A DNA stretch of 64,000 nucleotides from Prasinococcaceae sp. CCMP 1430 (GCA_013416795.1 RQSC01000014.1:225597-289596), one strand, 5' to 3'. Numbered from the stretch's first letter, positions 32,136 through 43,043 are shown. Made by a program: numbers and translations. The notes: a model not told the origin generated them from the letters alone.

Positions 32136-35100
32136 ATGGGTCAAAGGGNGCGCGCGCGGCGGGTCGCCGCCGCGGCGTGCCGGCGGTGCGCGCCGCTGCT
32201 GCTGCTCGTAGTGCTGGCCGTGGCGATCGGCGGGTGGGTGCGCGATGCGGGCCATGCGCACAGCACCGCCTCCCCAGCCGCGGGACTGATTGCTCCTAAG
32301 GCTCAACGCAAGGCGCTGGAGGCTCTGGCGCCGCACCTGTCATCGTGGGAAGCCGCTGCATTCAGCGGACGCTGTCCGCGCGGCGTCTTCACGCCGATAA
32401 GGACATCGTCGTGGAAGGCAGCCGTGGCCGTGTGCATGCTGACGCCCGGCTGCGGTGCCGCCTCTCGTCACGTGCTCACGGGAGACACGCTCCTCTGCGA
32501 GGCGGTGGCGGCGACGTCGGCGGGCGCCGGCGTTCTCGGCGGGCTGCTGGGCGGCTGGCGCACGGAGGCGATGGGAGCGTGCAGCCATCACAGTTACAGG
32601 CTTGCACTCCTGCACGAAGGGACAGCCACGCATGCGGGCTGTGCGCACGCGGGCCTGCCAGGATTTGCGCTGGCGCCCATGCTAAAGCCGCTGGGCGGTA
32701 CCGGCGGCGGCGGCTGGCGCTGCGAGAAGCATGGCTCAGGCACGACGGTGGCACAGGAGGCGGCGGCGGCGTGCCTCGACGCGGGCATAGATAGATGCGA
32801 GGTCTTCGCACGACGCGGCGACGGCCTCACCATGCTATGCGTGGCGGATTCGGAGAGAAATCGCCGGACGACACCGGCCCTGCATGGAGGGGGTTGGGTG
32901 CTCGGCTGTCGGCGCTCTGGTGATGCGTGCGCGCGTGCATCGCCCTCGATGCCTCGCGGCGCTGGGGTGGTGACAGAGTGGGGGCCCGTGGTGCGAGGGC
33001 GCACGGGAGCGCCGCCTGAACCGAGCGCGCACGAGCTGAAGGCAGAGCTCGCTTCCACCGCTGGGCGGTCGGGGGTGGCCGTCGCCACGCGCATGTTGCG
33101 CCAGCGCGGTAATGCTCAATGCGCAGCCGCACAGACTCTTCTGCGCACCTTCACCGCCTCGGACACGTATGCAGAATCGATGTGCGCTGCGGAACCTCTC
33201 TGCACCGTCTGGACTCGCCTGGCCGACACGGGCAAGACCTGGCTCTGTCAAGGCTACATGAAAATCCACAACTCGCCTCGTGACAAAAGCTACGCGGTTG
33301 GATTCAAGCGCGGCTGTGAGTGGTACCGGGGCACCCGCGCAGAGGACGACAGTCGCCTTTTGCGACCTCCAACCTGCCTGGAGACGGGCGAGCTCGTGGG
33401 CAACCCGCTGCGCGAGCTGCCCTCGTGCCCGGCACCCAGCGTACCCATTCCCGTCTTCACCAAGGGGGTGCGGGCCATGCCGCTGCGGCCGGTGTGCGAC
33501 GAGTGCGAGCATGGGGGCATTTGCCCGCGACTGGAATCCACTGGGGATACGAGCGAGGAGGCTGGGCGCATGCGGTCTGCTCTGACAAAGGTGGCCAGGC
33601 AGCAGCTCGCGCCTCTGACTCACATCGCACCGAAAGCGAAAGAGCTTGCAGGCGCATTCAATCCCTCACTAGCCATACACCGCGGCGAAATGTACATCGC
33701 CTACAGGCAGGCGACGGCGACGCGCTGCTCGGGCAAGACCATTGAGGGTACGTACGAGCTCGATGATCCCAAGCTTGGTCAGTATGCGAGCAAGATTGGT
33801 ATCTGCCCGACCTATGAAGACACTATCGTGCCGCGCCAGCTCGAGTGCGTGCAGCTCAACCCGATGCAACCTCCTCCGAGGTTGGACGGGATGGTCCTCG
33901 ATGAAGGCGGCTTCGTAGGCGAGGAGGACGCTCGCCTGTTCTCCTTCCGGAACACATTGTATGTGTTGTTCAACGTGGGCGTCACGATGGCCGATGTCAG
34001 CACCGACGAACAAGTTATCTTCGCTGGCCGGATCCGAGTGAGGCGGATGCTCCTAGCGTCGGTCGACCCGCGCACCGGGAAGACTGGAAAGCCTCTCCTG
34101 ATCCGCATCCCAGGTTTGCGGGCGACGGACAATGTCAAAAATGTCATGCCGCTCGTCAAGCCATCCGAGGTGCTCCTTGTTCACAACATCTGGCCACTCG
34201 GCGTGTGCTCGCTCGATGTGGTGACCGGGGCGTGCGGAGCACCGGCGATCGCAGCACCTCCGAGGGCGCACGGCGATATCAGCGCGTACAAAGCGGTGGG
34301 GTCCCTCAGTGGTAGCACGCAGTTTGCTGCCGTTCCTGCTGGATTCATTGGGCTGGTGCATCGCAAGCAGGACATGGAGCTAGGCAGATTGTACACGCAC
34401 AAGTGGGTCCTGATCTCCAAGGAGCATCCGCATACACTCGTATGGCTCTCCGCCCCGTTCCGGCTGCCCGCAGCGCTCGCACGAAGCGAATGCGTGCTGG
34501 GTCACCCTCAGGGTTGCAGAGAGGGGCGCTTCGATCTGGAGGATGACGTGCAGTTTGCTTCTGGCGTGGTCGTCGACCTAGTCTCGAAGACCGCTCTGGT
34601 GAGCTACGGTGTGGCAGACTGCTACTCCTGGGTCGCCCGCGTGGCGCTGCCCCCCGAGGCGATGCGCCAAGAGCCTGGCTTGGACGACGCGCCGTTGGCC
34701 CTGGTGACGAGGGTGCCCACTAGCGTACCAGATGATGCGCGGCCCAGGCCCGTCGTCCGGTGGGATTCGCCCCTGACGGACATGTCTGGCTTCGCATTCG
34801 TGACACGGGCCATGGCGGAGCTTTTCCTTGCGGATGGAACCTTTACCTTCCAGATGTGGAATCGCTTCGACGGCAGCCGGGCCTTCGAGGCTGATCGCTA
34901 CGGGGAGATGTACGCCTCAGCGATACGCAGTCAGGCCGACCTGGTCCCGCAGCCAGACGTGACCGTGCGGATGTACTGGGAGCCTAACTTTCAGCCCGCA
35001 CCAGCCGGGAAGCTCGTGGTCTATCTCCCTTGGGAGTTCGGGCCGATTCCGACGGCGTGGGTAGAGTCGCTCAACGCTGTTGCGGATGAGGTGTGGGTGC

Positions 35101-35936
35101 CCGCCGACGCAGTCGTAGAGGGGATGTTGCAGAGCGGCGTCGATCGGCACAAGCTCGCCGTTGTGCCCCATGGCGTGTCAACGCAGGTTTGCAAAGACCC
35201 TGTTGTCGACGCTGCTCTCAAGAGCAAGCTGCATCGCCGCAACGGTACAGAGGGAGGGATGTCAGGAGGCCCGCCCTTCAGCATGTTATACCACGGTGGC
35301 ATGCTGTTTCGCAAGGGTGTCCCGCAACTGATCGAGGCGTATCAGTTGGCGTTCACTGGCCGCGACAACGTCGAGCTCGTCGTGCACTCTGTGTACGGCG
35401 ATGCGACCGTCGAAGCGATGCTGCAAGAGCATGTGAAAGCGGCGGTGTCCGACCCGCGCCTGCCGCGTCTGCGCAAAGACGGCCGGAGACTTCAGCCCGA
35501 CGAGCTCGCTGAGATGTACCTGGAGGCAGATGTGCTTGTGCACTCCTCTCTGAGCGAAGGCCTGGGCCTCGGGGTCGTTGAGGCCATGGCCCACGGCCTT
35601 CCGGTCATAGCGTCCGAATATGGCCCGCCTGCCGACTTCGTCACGCGCAGCAACGGCTTCCTGTTCCCGGCGAAGCAAAGCCCGTGCAAGCTCTATCCTT
35701 GCGCGAAGGACTCGCGGAGCGTGTTCAGCCAGGACTGGACCACAACGAGCGACCTCGTGTGGGGTGAGTATAGCCCCGAGGCGCTGGCGGGCGCCATGCG
35801 CGATGCCTACGACAACCGGGCGACCCTTACGGAACGCGGGATGCGTGCGAGACGAGAAATCTGTACCGACTACAGCTGGGAAACAGCACACAGCATAGCG
35901 AAGGAGCGGCTACTCGAGCTCGCTGCGAAGCCATGA
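32136..35936 (+). CDS. Multidomain type II membrane glyco-enzyme: 3 PAN/apple-like Cys repeats + GH130-like beta-propeller + GT4 glycosyltransferase (about 1266 aa, intronless)
   Basis: TM LLLLVVLAVAIGGWV. Propeller motifs AFNPSL..YIAYR, GEEDARL, VKNVMP, LSGST and VQFASG..VSYGVADC. GT4 motifs PWEF, DEVWVP, VVPHGV, RKGVPQLIEAY and SSLSEGLGLGVVEAMAHGLPVI. There is an ambiguous N at 32149. Confidence 0.88.
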   Translation: MGQRXRARRVAAAACRRCAPLLLLVVLAVAIGGWVRDAGHAHSTASPAAGLIAPKAQRKALEALAPHLSSWEAAAFSGRCPRGVFTPIRTSSWKAAVAVCMLTPGCGAASRHVLTGDTLLCEAVAATSAGAGVLGGLLGGWRTEAMGACSHHSYRLALLHEGTATHAGCAHAGLPGFALAPMLKPLGGTGGGGWRCEKHGSGTTVAQEAAAACLDAGIDRCEVFARRGDGLTMLCVADSERNRRTTPALHGGGWVLGCRRSGDACARASPSMPRGAGVVTEWGPVVRGRTGAPPEPSAHELKAELASTAGRSGVAVATRMLRQRGNAQCAAAQTLLRTFTASDTYAESMCAAEPLCTVWTRLADTGKTWLCQGYMKIHNSPRDKSYAVGFKRGCEWYRGTRAEDDSRLLRPPTCLETGELVGNPLRELPSCPAPSVPIPVFTKGVRAMPLRPVCDECEHGGICPRLESTGDTSEEAGRMRSALTKVARQQLAPLTHIAPKAKELAGAFNPSLAIHRGEMYIAYRQATATRCSGKTIEGTYELDDPKLGQYASKIGICPTYEDTIVPRQLECVQLNPMQPPPRLDGMVLDEGGFVGEEDARLFSFRNTLYVLFNVGVTMADVSTDEQVIFAGRIRVRRMLLASVDPRTGKTGKPLLIRIPGLRATDNVKNVMPLVKPSEVLLVHNIWPLGVCSLDVVTGACGAPAIAAPPRAHGDISAYKAVGSLSGSTQFAAVPAGFIGLVHRKQDMELGRLYTHKWVLISKEHPHTLVWLSAPFRLPAALARSECVLGHPQGCREGRFDLEDDVQFASGVVVDLVSKTALVSYGVADCYSWVARVALPPEAMRQEPGLDDAPLALVTRVPTSVPDDARPRPVVRWDSPLTDMSGFAFVTRAMAELFLADGTFTFQMWNRFDGSRAFEADRYGEMYASAIRSQADLVPQPDVTVRMYWEPNFQPAPAGKLVVYLPWEFGPIPTAWVESLNAVADEVWVPADAVVEGMLQSGVDRHKLAVVPHGVSTQVCKDPVVDAALKSKLHRRNGTEGGMSGGPPFSMLYHGGMLFRKGVPQLIEAYQLAFTGRDNVELVVHSVYGDATVEAMLQEHVKAAVSDPRLPRLRKDGRRLQPDELAEMYLEADVLVHSSLSEGLGLGVVEAMAHGLPVIASEYGPPADFVTRSNGFLFPAKQSPCKLYPCAKDSRSVFSQDWTTTSDLVWGEYSPEALAGAMRDAYDNRATLTERGMRARREICTDYSWETAHSIAKERLLELAAKP

Positions 35937-36003
35937 CGGACACCAACTCGTACAAACATCGACATTAATTATTGTGTAATCACATTAAGGGAATACATAC
36001 ACC

Positions 36004-38231
36004 TCAAGACGCGACGAAAGCCTCAGGGAAGCCATCGGGCACGCGAGCCAGCGATTGCGCGAAGGCCTCCATGCCCTCCCGACTGCTATCGATCTCACAC
36101 CACAAAGGTGGTGCAGAGCCTCGCGCAACGTGAGGCCATGGCTGGCCAGAGAGGCGCGCAACCAGCGCCTGTGTGTCCACCGCGTGCTCGCGTGCCCAGG
36201 CATCGACGTCTTCGGCATAGGCCAATGGGAGGTCAGGCAAAGCACCCGATGCTCCAGGCGGCACCCTGTGTCGCCATTTGGTATTGCATGCCCTGCCAGC
36301 ATGGCGCATCGAGCGAAGCCCCGCCGCCGCCAGCGTGCTCAGCGCCGAAACGACACTCGAGGTCGGCTGCGTCCCTGACACGAGCCCAGTCACACCCGTG
36401 AGGGGGAAAGGCACGTTCCCTCCGGGCGCAGATGTGTCCTTGACAGCCAACTCGAGAATTGTCCCCAAGGCTTGGAGGCCGCGTGGTCCCTCGAAATGGA
36501 TTGCGCGGAATTGCTGGTGTCGCCTCGTGGCATCGAATAGGAACGCCGCTGCAGCTGTGCCGAGGCTCCCTGGAAGAACCGCACGCGCGGTGACGCGCTC
36601 TGTCAGGCCAGAGAGCACCGCAGACGCGTTGACCCTCGCAGCGGTGCCCTCGCCGCCGGCAGACAGGAAGAGCGCATCCACTCCAGCAGCGCCCATAGCC
36701 ATTGAGCTCAGTCCCAGGTTGCCGCCGAGCTCCACGAATCGCCCGACGTCAGCAAGTGACCCGTCGCGACCACTTTTGGCCGCATGCACAGAAGCGGCGG
36801 CGGCTACGAGGCCAAGCTGCGTGTCGAGTAGCCCAGGGCGCTCCCCCGGTGGCAGCCCACCTTGCCACGCTCCCCATGCGCTCAGTGATGCCCCCGCATC
36901 AGTGCCAGTGTAGCCCTGCCGCTTTGCCATGGGATGCACTAGAAGCATGAGCGCCCGCCAATTCTCAGCACGGCCGGGGCTCGAAGCGAGCGTCTGAGGC
37001 AGCTGCACGCGCACAGTCACTGGGTGGCCGAAAGTAGTAGGGGGCGCCTCTGTGGCTGGGAGAGCCGGCGACGACACAGGCCACGCCAGGCGCGCCCAAA
37101 GATGGCGCCGCAACCACCGCTGAATGTATGTCATGCCCTCGATATCCTTCCAGCTCCCAGCAAAATGGTGCAGCATGAACACGCCCTCGGAGCGCGGGTC
37201 AATGCCGTCCTTGGCCGCCGGATGCGCTGCCGTGGCCACCCGCGGGAGCAGCCACAGGCGCTCGGCGAGAGCGAAGGGTGGCATCGACGATGCATCGGCC
37301 CCACCTGCGAGCGCAGACGCGACGGCCTCTCGGGCGTACGCAGCGACCTCGTCCGTCCACGCGCCCGGGCCGGTGCGCTCGAGCGTGGCGCGATCCGACA
37401 GTGCCGCGCCGTTCCCGACGCCGGCTCGAGCACGACGGCCACCGGCGCTTGCACCGTTCTTCCCATCCGCCGAGCGCGCTGGAGGCACGCCTCCTCCCGT
37501 GCCGTTTTCAACTTGGTGCGGAAGCCACCGCCGCTGCTCAGCGCCGACGGCAGCAACGACGCTGTCTGCCATGCGGCGGAGCATCGGGTGGCCCTTGGAG
37601 GCGCCGATAGCCCACTGCTGGAATTGGCGTACTCGCGCGTACGACCGCGCCCTCGCGGCCTCTGCCGACTCGAATTCCTGCTCGACGCCCACGATGAGCT
37701 CTGCTCGACTGCCGAGCCAGCTGTCGAGCGGCTGCATGCATTCGACGTCGGTGTCGGCGTAGAACCCGCCCTCGGCGTGCAGCACGAGGTAGCGGAAGAG
37801 GTCGGCGCGCTCGACCGGCTTCGGCAGCCCATCGTACGCGTCGATGACGTCAGGGTATCGCCGCGCGACGAGCTCCCGCGCGCGAGTGTCGCTGTAGTAG
37901 CGCACCTCCCACGTCGGGTTGAGCTCCGCCCAGGTAGCCATCGCAGCGCGCGACGCCGGTGGCACCGCCGACCAGCATCTGAACGTCTGGTGGACTATGC
38001 GCTGCACCGCGAGTGGCGAACGCTCGTGCACACGTGCAGGGAGCGACCAGAACGGCGGCTCCTCGTCGGTGCACGCTGCATGCGACGGCGACGGCGCACC
38101 CAGCGGCAGCGAGGAGAGCGCCGCGGCGACACCCAGGGCGAGCGCGACCGCGGCCACGGCGCGCACGCACCACCGCCCGGCGGCCGCTACGGCGCGTCCC
38201 CCCCCCCCCCCCCCCCCGCCCGCCTCCCCAT
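36004..38231 (-). CDS. GT32 (OCH1-like alpha-mannosyltransferase) fused to a degenerate FkbM-like methyltransferase domain; ATG at 38231 is out of frame by 1 nt in a G20 tract
   Basis: RIVHQTF, TWAELNPTW, ERADLFRYLVL..EGGFYADTDVEC (DXD), QFQQWAIG, TGPGAWTD and HHFAGSWK. The C-terminal FVELGGNLGLSSMAM resembles SAM motif I. The open frame begins at GTG 38166. Confidence 0.85.
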
Positions 38232-38697
38232 CTCAGGCGGCGCCCGCACCCACCGAGGTAGGGACCTGGAACCGTACGAAAAATTCGAAACGCGGGTAAG
38301 GGTTGTGGAAACCCGTTTTAAGGTCAATAAAATCAGGGTTTCGTATCCCCGCACCCGCCGCGCCCGCCCGCCCGAGAGCCGCGCGGAGACCGCCATCGGA
38401 ATCTGCACTTTGCCGCGCGCCGCCGCCGCCGCGCGCGCGCGCGCGGCGCGGGCGAACGGGATCGGATCCTTGGTATTCGCCGCCGAAGCGCTCCGCAGGC
38501 GAGGGGAAAAAAAAACTGCAACTCCTCCCTCTGCGGAGATGAATGCGGGGTCTCATCAGAAACCAGTCTAAAAAAAAAAAAGGATGCGTGCGTTTTGATA
38601 TGCCATCGGCGAGAGAGCGCGATCGGCGCGTGCCGCGTGTGCGCGGGCGCGGGCGGGGCAGGGCGGTGCCGCCGGAGCAGCCGGGGCTGCGGCGGCG

Positions 38698-39555
38698 ATG
38701 GCGGCGCAGGCGCGGGGCGCGGCGCGCCAGGCGGCGATGAGGGGTTCGCTGGTGGGGATAGCAGCGATGGCGGCGATGGCGACGCTGGCGCTCATGGTTG
38801 GCTTCGCGCGGCCCGCCGCGGCCGTGTCCCTCGTGCTCTCAGAGGACGCGCCCGAGTGCCTCCGCCACACGAACGAGTACGATGGCGGACGTGTGCTGAT
38901 CACGTGGGTGAGCGCCGCGCGCCTCGACCCAGCGATCGCGACCGGCCAAAAGGAGCGCCAGGACACGACCTCGTCGCTCAAACGCATTTCGGAGAAGCTC
39001 CGCGATGATGTTCCCGACGCGCCTGAGGACACCCGCGTCGGGCTGTGGCGCGTGCTGTCAGACACGAAGCGCACGAAGGTCGCGGGGTTCAGTGGTCCCG
39101 ATGGTCGTGAGGATATCGAGTCGATGCTGAAGGGCAAGTACGAGCTGTGCTTCGAGACGTCAGGCGTAGAGCACGACATCTATGATCACATGGTCACCGT
39201 TGACGTGGTGTGGAGCAACCCATACCAGCAGCCCGTGCAGGGCCCAGACGACGAGAGCCATGTGGATGAGGGCAAGCGCGCAATGCAGATGGAGGACGCG
39301 AAGCACCTCAAGCGCGCGCTAGAGGATGTCAGCGACGAGATCCTTCGCCTCCGTGCAGACGCGAAGTACCTGCTTGCCAGGCAAAAGCGGCAGCTGAAGA
39401 CGATCGAGTCCAACGGGCGGCGCGCGGTGTGGTCAAATGTGTGGGAGACGCTCGTGCTCATCGCGGCAGCGTTCGGGCAGGCCTTCTTCATCCGCTTCAT
39501 GTTCAACCGCGCCAACGGTGGCTCCTTTGCCATGGGAAAGGGGTTGAGCGTGTGA
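38698..39555 (+). CDS. p24/EMP24/GOLD-domain cargo receptor
   Basis: Signal peptide, GOLD cysteines (ECL...GKYELCF), coiled coil, then TIESNGRRAVWSNVWETLVLIAAAFGQAFFIRFMF. Start is 38698 or 38737. Confidence 0.88.
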   Translation: MAAQARGAARQAAMRGSLVGIAAMAAMATLALMVGFARPAAAVSLVLSEDAPECLRHTNEYDGGRVLITWVSAARLDPAIATGQKERQDTTSSLKRISEKLRDDVPDAPEDTRVGLWRVLSDTKRTKVAGFSGPDGREDIESMLKGKYELCFETSGVEHDIYDHMVTVDVVWSNPYQQPVQGPDDESHVDEGKRAMQMEDAKHLKRALEDVSDEILRLRADAKYLLARQKRQLKTIESNGRRAVWSNVWETLVLIAAAFGQAFFIRFMFNRANGGSFAMGKGLSV

Positions 39556-39984
39556 GCTGTGCATGAAAGCGAAGCTCCTGCGCGTGCCCACGCGCCGCTA
39601 GTGCGTTGTAATCGCATTTGCAATCGCACACGTCAGAGTCCGCGAGCGAGCGTGCGCACAGATGGACCAAAGCCACGCCCAGGTCTGCGCCGTCCGCGTC
39701 GCAGCGAGGCCACATCGCGCGACGCACCGGCGTCGCCCGTGACCGCGCCCTCTAGCCACCGTAGGTGGCGGCAGGGTGTTTCGTCAACACTGGGGATACG
39801 CGCCATCACTTGGCTTTGAGCGGCCCAAACTCCGGAGGCCCGCAGCCCGGACTGTCTGCAGAGAGCAGGAGTAGGGTAGTGGTGGCCACTCCGTGCGCAC
39901 TGCGCGCGCGCGCGCGCTGCGGCACCAGAGGCTATTATGGTCCGACCTTAGGAGGCGCATCGCGCGCGGTCTCGTGCCGCCGCC

Positions 39985-41832
39985 ATGCACACGCGCGCTC
40001 TGCGGCGACGTGAGTGCGGCGGCGTGCGCGGCACGCCTGGCCTTCGCGCATGCGACTTTGCGCGCGCATGCAGTGAGGCGCTAGAGCTCTCGAAGCGCGT
40101 GGATGTGCGCTCAGCGCACGCCCCGTCCGACGAGCGCGGCCGCGGTAGGCGCGCGCGCAGGCGTTCGCCAGTGAGTGCGCTCGCGATCGACCAAGCGCAG
40201 CAGCGGCTCCTGCTCGCTGGCGCAGCCGACGGATGCGTGAGTGCATACAACGTCACGTGCGCGAGTGAGGCTGACCGAGACGAGATCGACACGTTCGGCT
40301 TCGAGAACACTATCGGCAGCGATGGCAGTGGCGACGCGCGCTCCACCACGCACAGGCCACTTTTCGTGCTGCCCAGCGCACACGGCCGGTCTGTATGTGG
40401 CGCCACCTGGTACCCTATGGATAGCGGGCTGTTCGTCACTGGGTCAGCCGACTGCACGGTGGGTGTGTGGGACGCGAGTGTGCCGTCGGCGGGCGCGGTG
40501 GCGCGACTCGACTTTTCCGCGGAAGTGCGCTGTGTGGCGATGTCTCCCGTGGCCACCACGCATGCGCTGGTGGCGGTCGCCACTGATGAGGCCGGTAGCA
40601 GCGCAGCGCTGCGCCTCGCCGACCTCTCCTCGGGCAGCTTCGCGCACGCTTTCGCGGGCCACACGGGTGGCGTGCGCTGCGCAGCGTGGCTGCCTCGCAG
40701 CGAGCACGAGCTGGCGTCGGGTGGAGCCGACGGTGGCATACGGGTGTGGGATGTGCGCCGGCCCGGTGCCCTCGCGCTGCTCGACATGCACAACGACGCC
40801 GACGCAGCACTCGCGGGCGAAATGGGCGCCGTTGGTGGGGTGGCATTCGCTGGGCGCACCCAGGCGTGGCGCGCGCGTGCCGACCGTGCAGAGGGCGGCG
40901 AGCGTGGCGAAACGGGGTGGGCAGCAGCAGGCGCCGCCGCTGCGCCCAAGGCGCAGCTCGCGCGTGCGCACGCCCGCGCAGTCACAGCACTCTGCGCGTC
41001 GCCTGACGGGTTGTGGCTGCTCAGGTGCGCACTCGCGCGCATGCGCGCATGCGTCCTTGTAGGAGGGCGCGGGTGCGCGCGCTTGTGTGAGCATCCACGC
41101 TAACGCGCTACCTCGCGCGTGCAGCACTGGAGGCGATGCCTCCCTCCGGCTGTGGGACCTGTGGAGCGGCCGCCACGCCCACGTCCACTATGAGGGCGCG
41201 GAGGCGCATTCCTCGGCCAGCGGCTCGCTGGCGCTCTCCGCTGACGGCCGCACCGTGTATGGCTGTGGTGGGGGCTCCATCAAGTGTTGGGACGTGTTCC
41301 GCGGGCGGGCGCCCAAGGTGCGCTGTGCGAGTACTCGACGGGCGCGCGCGCGGGAGGGCTGGCGTGCCGCACTAGCCTGTGCCCACCTGCACACCCGACC
41401 CCGCGCGTGCTTCATAGTGCCTGACGCCTCCCGCGCGCGCACTCCTTATCATGCGTGTGTGCGCGTCTCCCGGGCGAAGGCGCGGCTCTGTGCGCATATA
41501 GACGGCGCGAGCGTGCTCGCTGCGCATCCCAGCATGCCAGGGCTCTACAGCGGCGGCAGTGACGGCGAGATTTGTGCATTCGAGCCAGAGCTGGAGCCGA
41601 TGCACCAGGGTGGTGCAGACGGTGCGTGCGCGCAACCGTCGCACGGCGTGCTCTCTGTATGCCCCCTTCAATGCACATTGGTTCCGAGTGCGCGCGTGTG
41701 TGCTGACCTTGTAGCTTTGCGCTGCCTCCGCGCTCTCCCTGCGCAATCGCAGGCTCAGACTGGGGCTTCGATGCCGCACTCGGCGGCGGCGAGGAGCAGC
41801 GCGATCAATGGTCGGACGAAGACCTGTACTAG
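39985..41832 (+). CDS. ERCC8: DNA excision repair protein CSA/ERCC8 (WD40), multi-exon
   Basis: WYPMDSGLFVTGSAD..VGVWD, MSPVATTHALVAVA, LSSGSFAHAFAGH, LASGGADGGIRVWDVRR, AHARAV, STGGDASLRLW and a C-terminal DQWSDED. GT-AG introns start near 41025, 41318 and 41620. Confidence 0.92.
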
Positions 41833-41994
41833 CTAGCTCTAGAGGTCTGTAGTACTAGGGTAGGCTACCACTAGGGGTACAGTGTACTCTCCAGCAAAAA
41901 ATGGAAGAATATTACAGTACGAAGGCGAGCCGCGGTACTCAGAGGATGTTGTGGAGCACACCGCGCGCGCGCTCAGCACAGGCGCCGCCGCCCC

Positions 41995-42565
41995 TTACTT
42001 GCCACCGCCAGTTGCCGCGCGCGCCGCCGCGCGCTTGATGCGCTGGCGCATGACGCTGGGGGGCGTGAAGAGCTGATCGAAGATGTGCTCGGCCTCCTTG
42101 CCCCTCTTCGGCTCCCTCGCGGCCTTGCGCGCAGCGCGGTATTCGGCGACGAGCTTGGGCATCGCGCGCATCTTGTCCTCGACGGTCTTGCGGTGCTCTG
42201 CACCCTCGACGTCCGCGCGGGAGCCCTTCAGCCAGCGGTCGTACGGATGCGCCTTGGGAGCACTGGTGTCTACAAGCGGCCACGCGATGCCCCAAGCGTC
42301 GAACTCGCGACGCACCTGGCGCGCGACGCGCGGCCTGATGGGTGGCTTGCGCCACACGCCGCGCACCTTCGTAGGCTTGAGCAGCGCTTCCGCCCCCACG
42401 CCGCCCTCCCCGCGTGCCGCTGCGAGCAGCGCCGCTGCCGCGCGCGGGTGCCTGCTGCCCGCTGCAAGCGCATCGCTCGCGACCTCCCCCTCCGCCGTCG
42501 CGGCAGCCGCTGATGCGGCCGCGCAGCGCGCTCAGCGCCTCCTGCGCCGTGCGCAGCGACCGCAT
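41995..42565 (-). CDS. Mitochondrial ribosomal protein mL59-like; 5' end needs an intron or a frameshift
   Basis: ALLKPTKVRGVWRKPPI...KG...KMRAMPKLVAEYR resembles mL59. The upstream ATG at 42565 (MRSLRTAQEALSAL) is in another frame. Confidence 0.7.
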
Positions 42566-43043
42566 CGCCCCGCCTGCTGCGTGCGCTGCGCACGCTGTGG
42601 CAGGCACCGGCGCGCGACAGCGTGCGCGTCAGTTAGGGCGCAAGAGAAACGCGCGATTCTGGTTGTTTTTTTGTTTTGTTTTTTGGTGTGTGTGTGTGTG
42701 TGCGTGAGCATGGGGCAGGGGGGGGGAGGGGGGGAGGGGTTGGGGGTGCTGCTGGGCGACGGCGAGGGAGCATGCAGCATGTGGGCGAAGAGACGGACAG
42801 CAGCAGTGGCATGCCCCACCCCTCCCCACTCGAAACCCACACACAGACGGGTGCTGAACAGCTGCACGGGCGCCGACGGCGAGCGTCTCAAAGGAATCTC
42901 GCGCGCAAGCAGACGGCCCCACGTCCTCCACGCGCGCGTGCAAGGTGTACGACGATGTGAATATTAACCAGTAGCCTTGCACTGTGGGCAGTCACTGGGG
43001 CGCGCGCCTGCTCTCTGTGCCGCGCCAGGCGGGCGCCAGCCCC

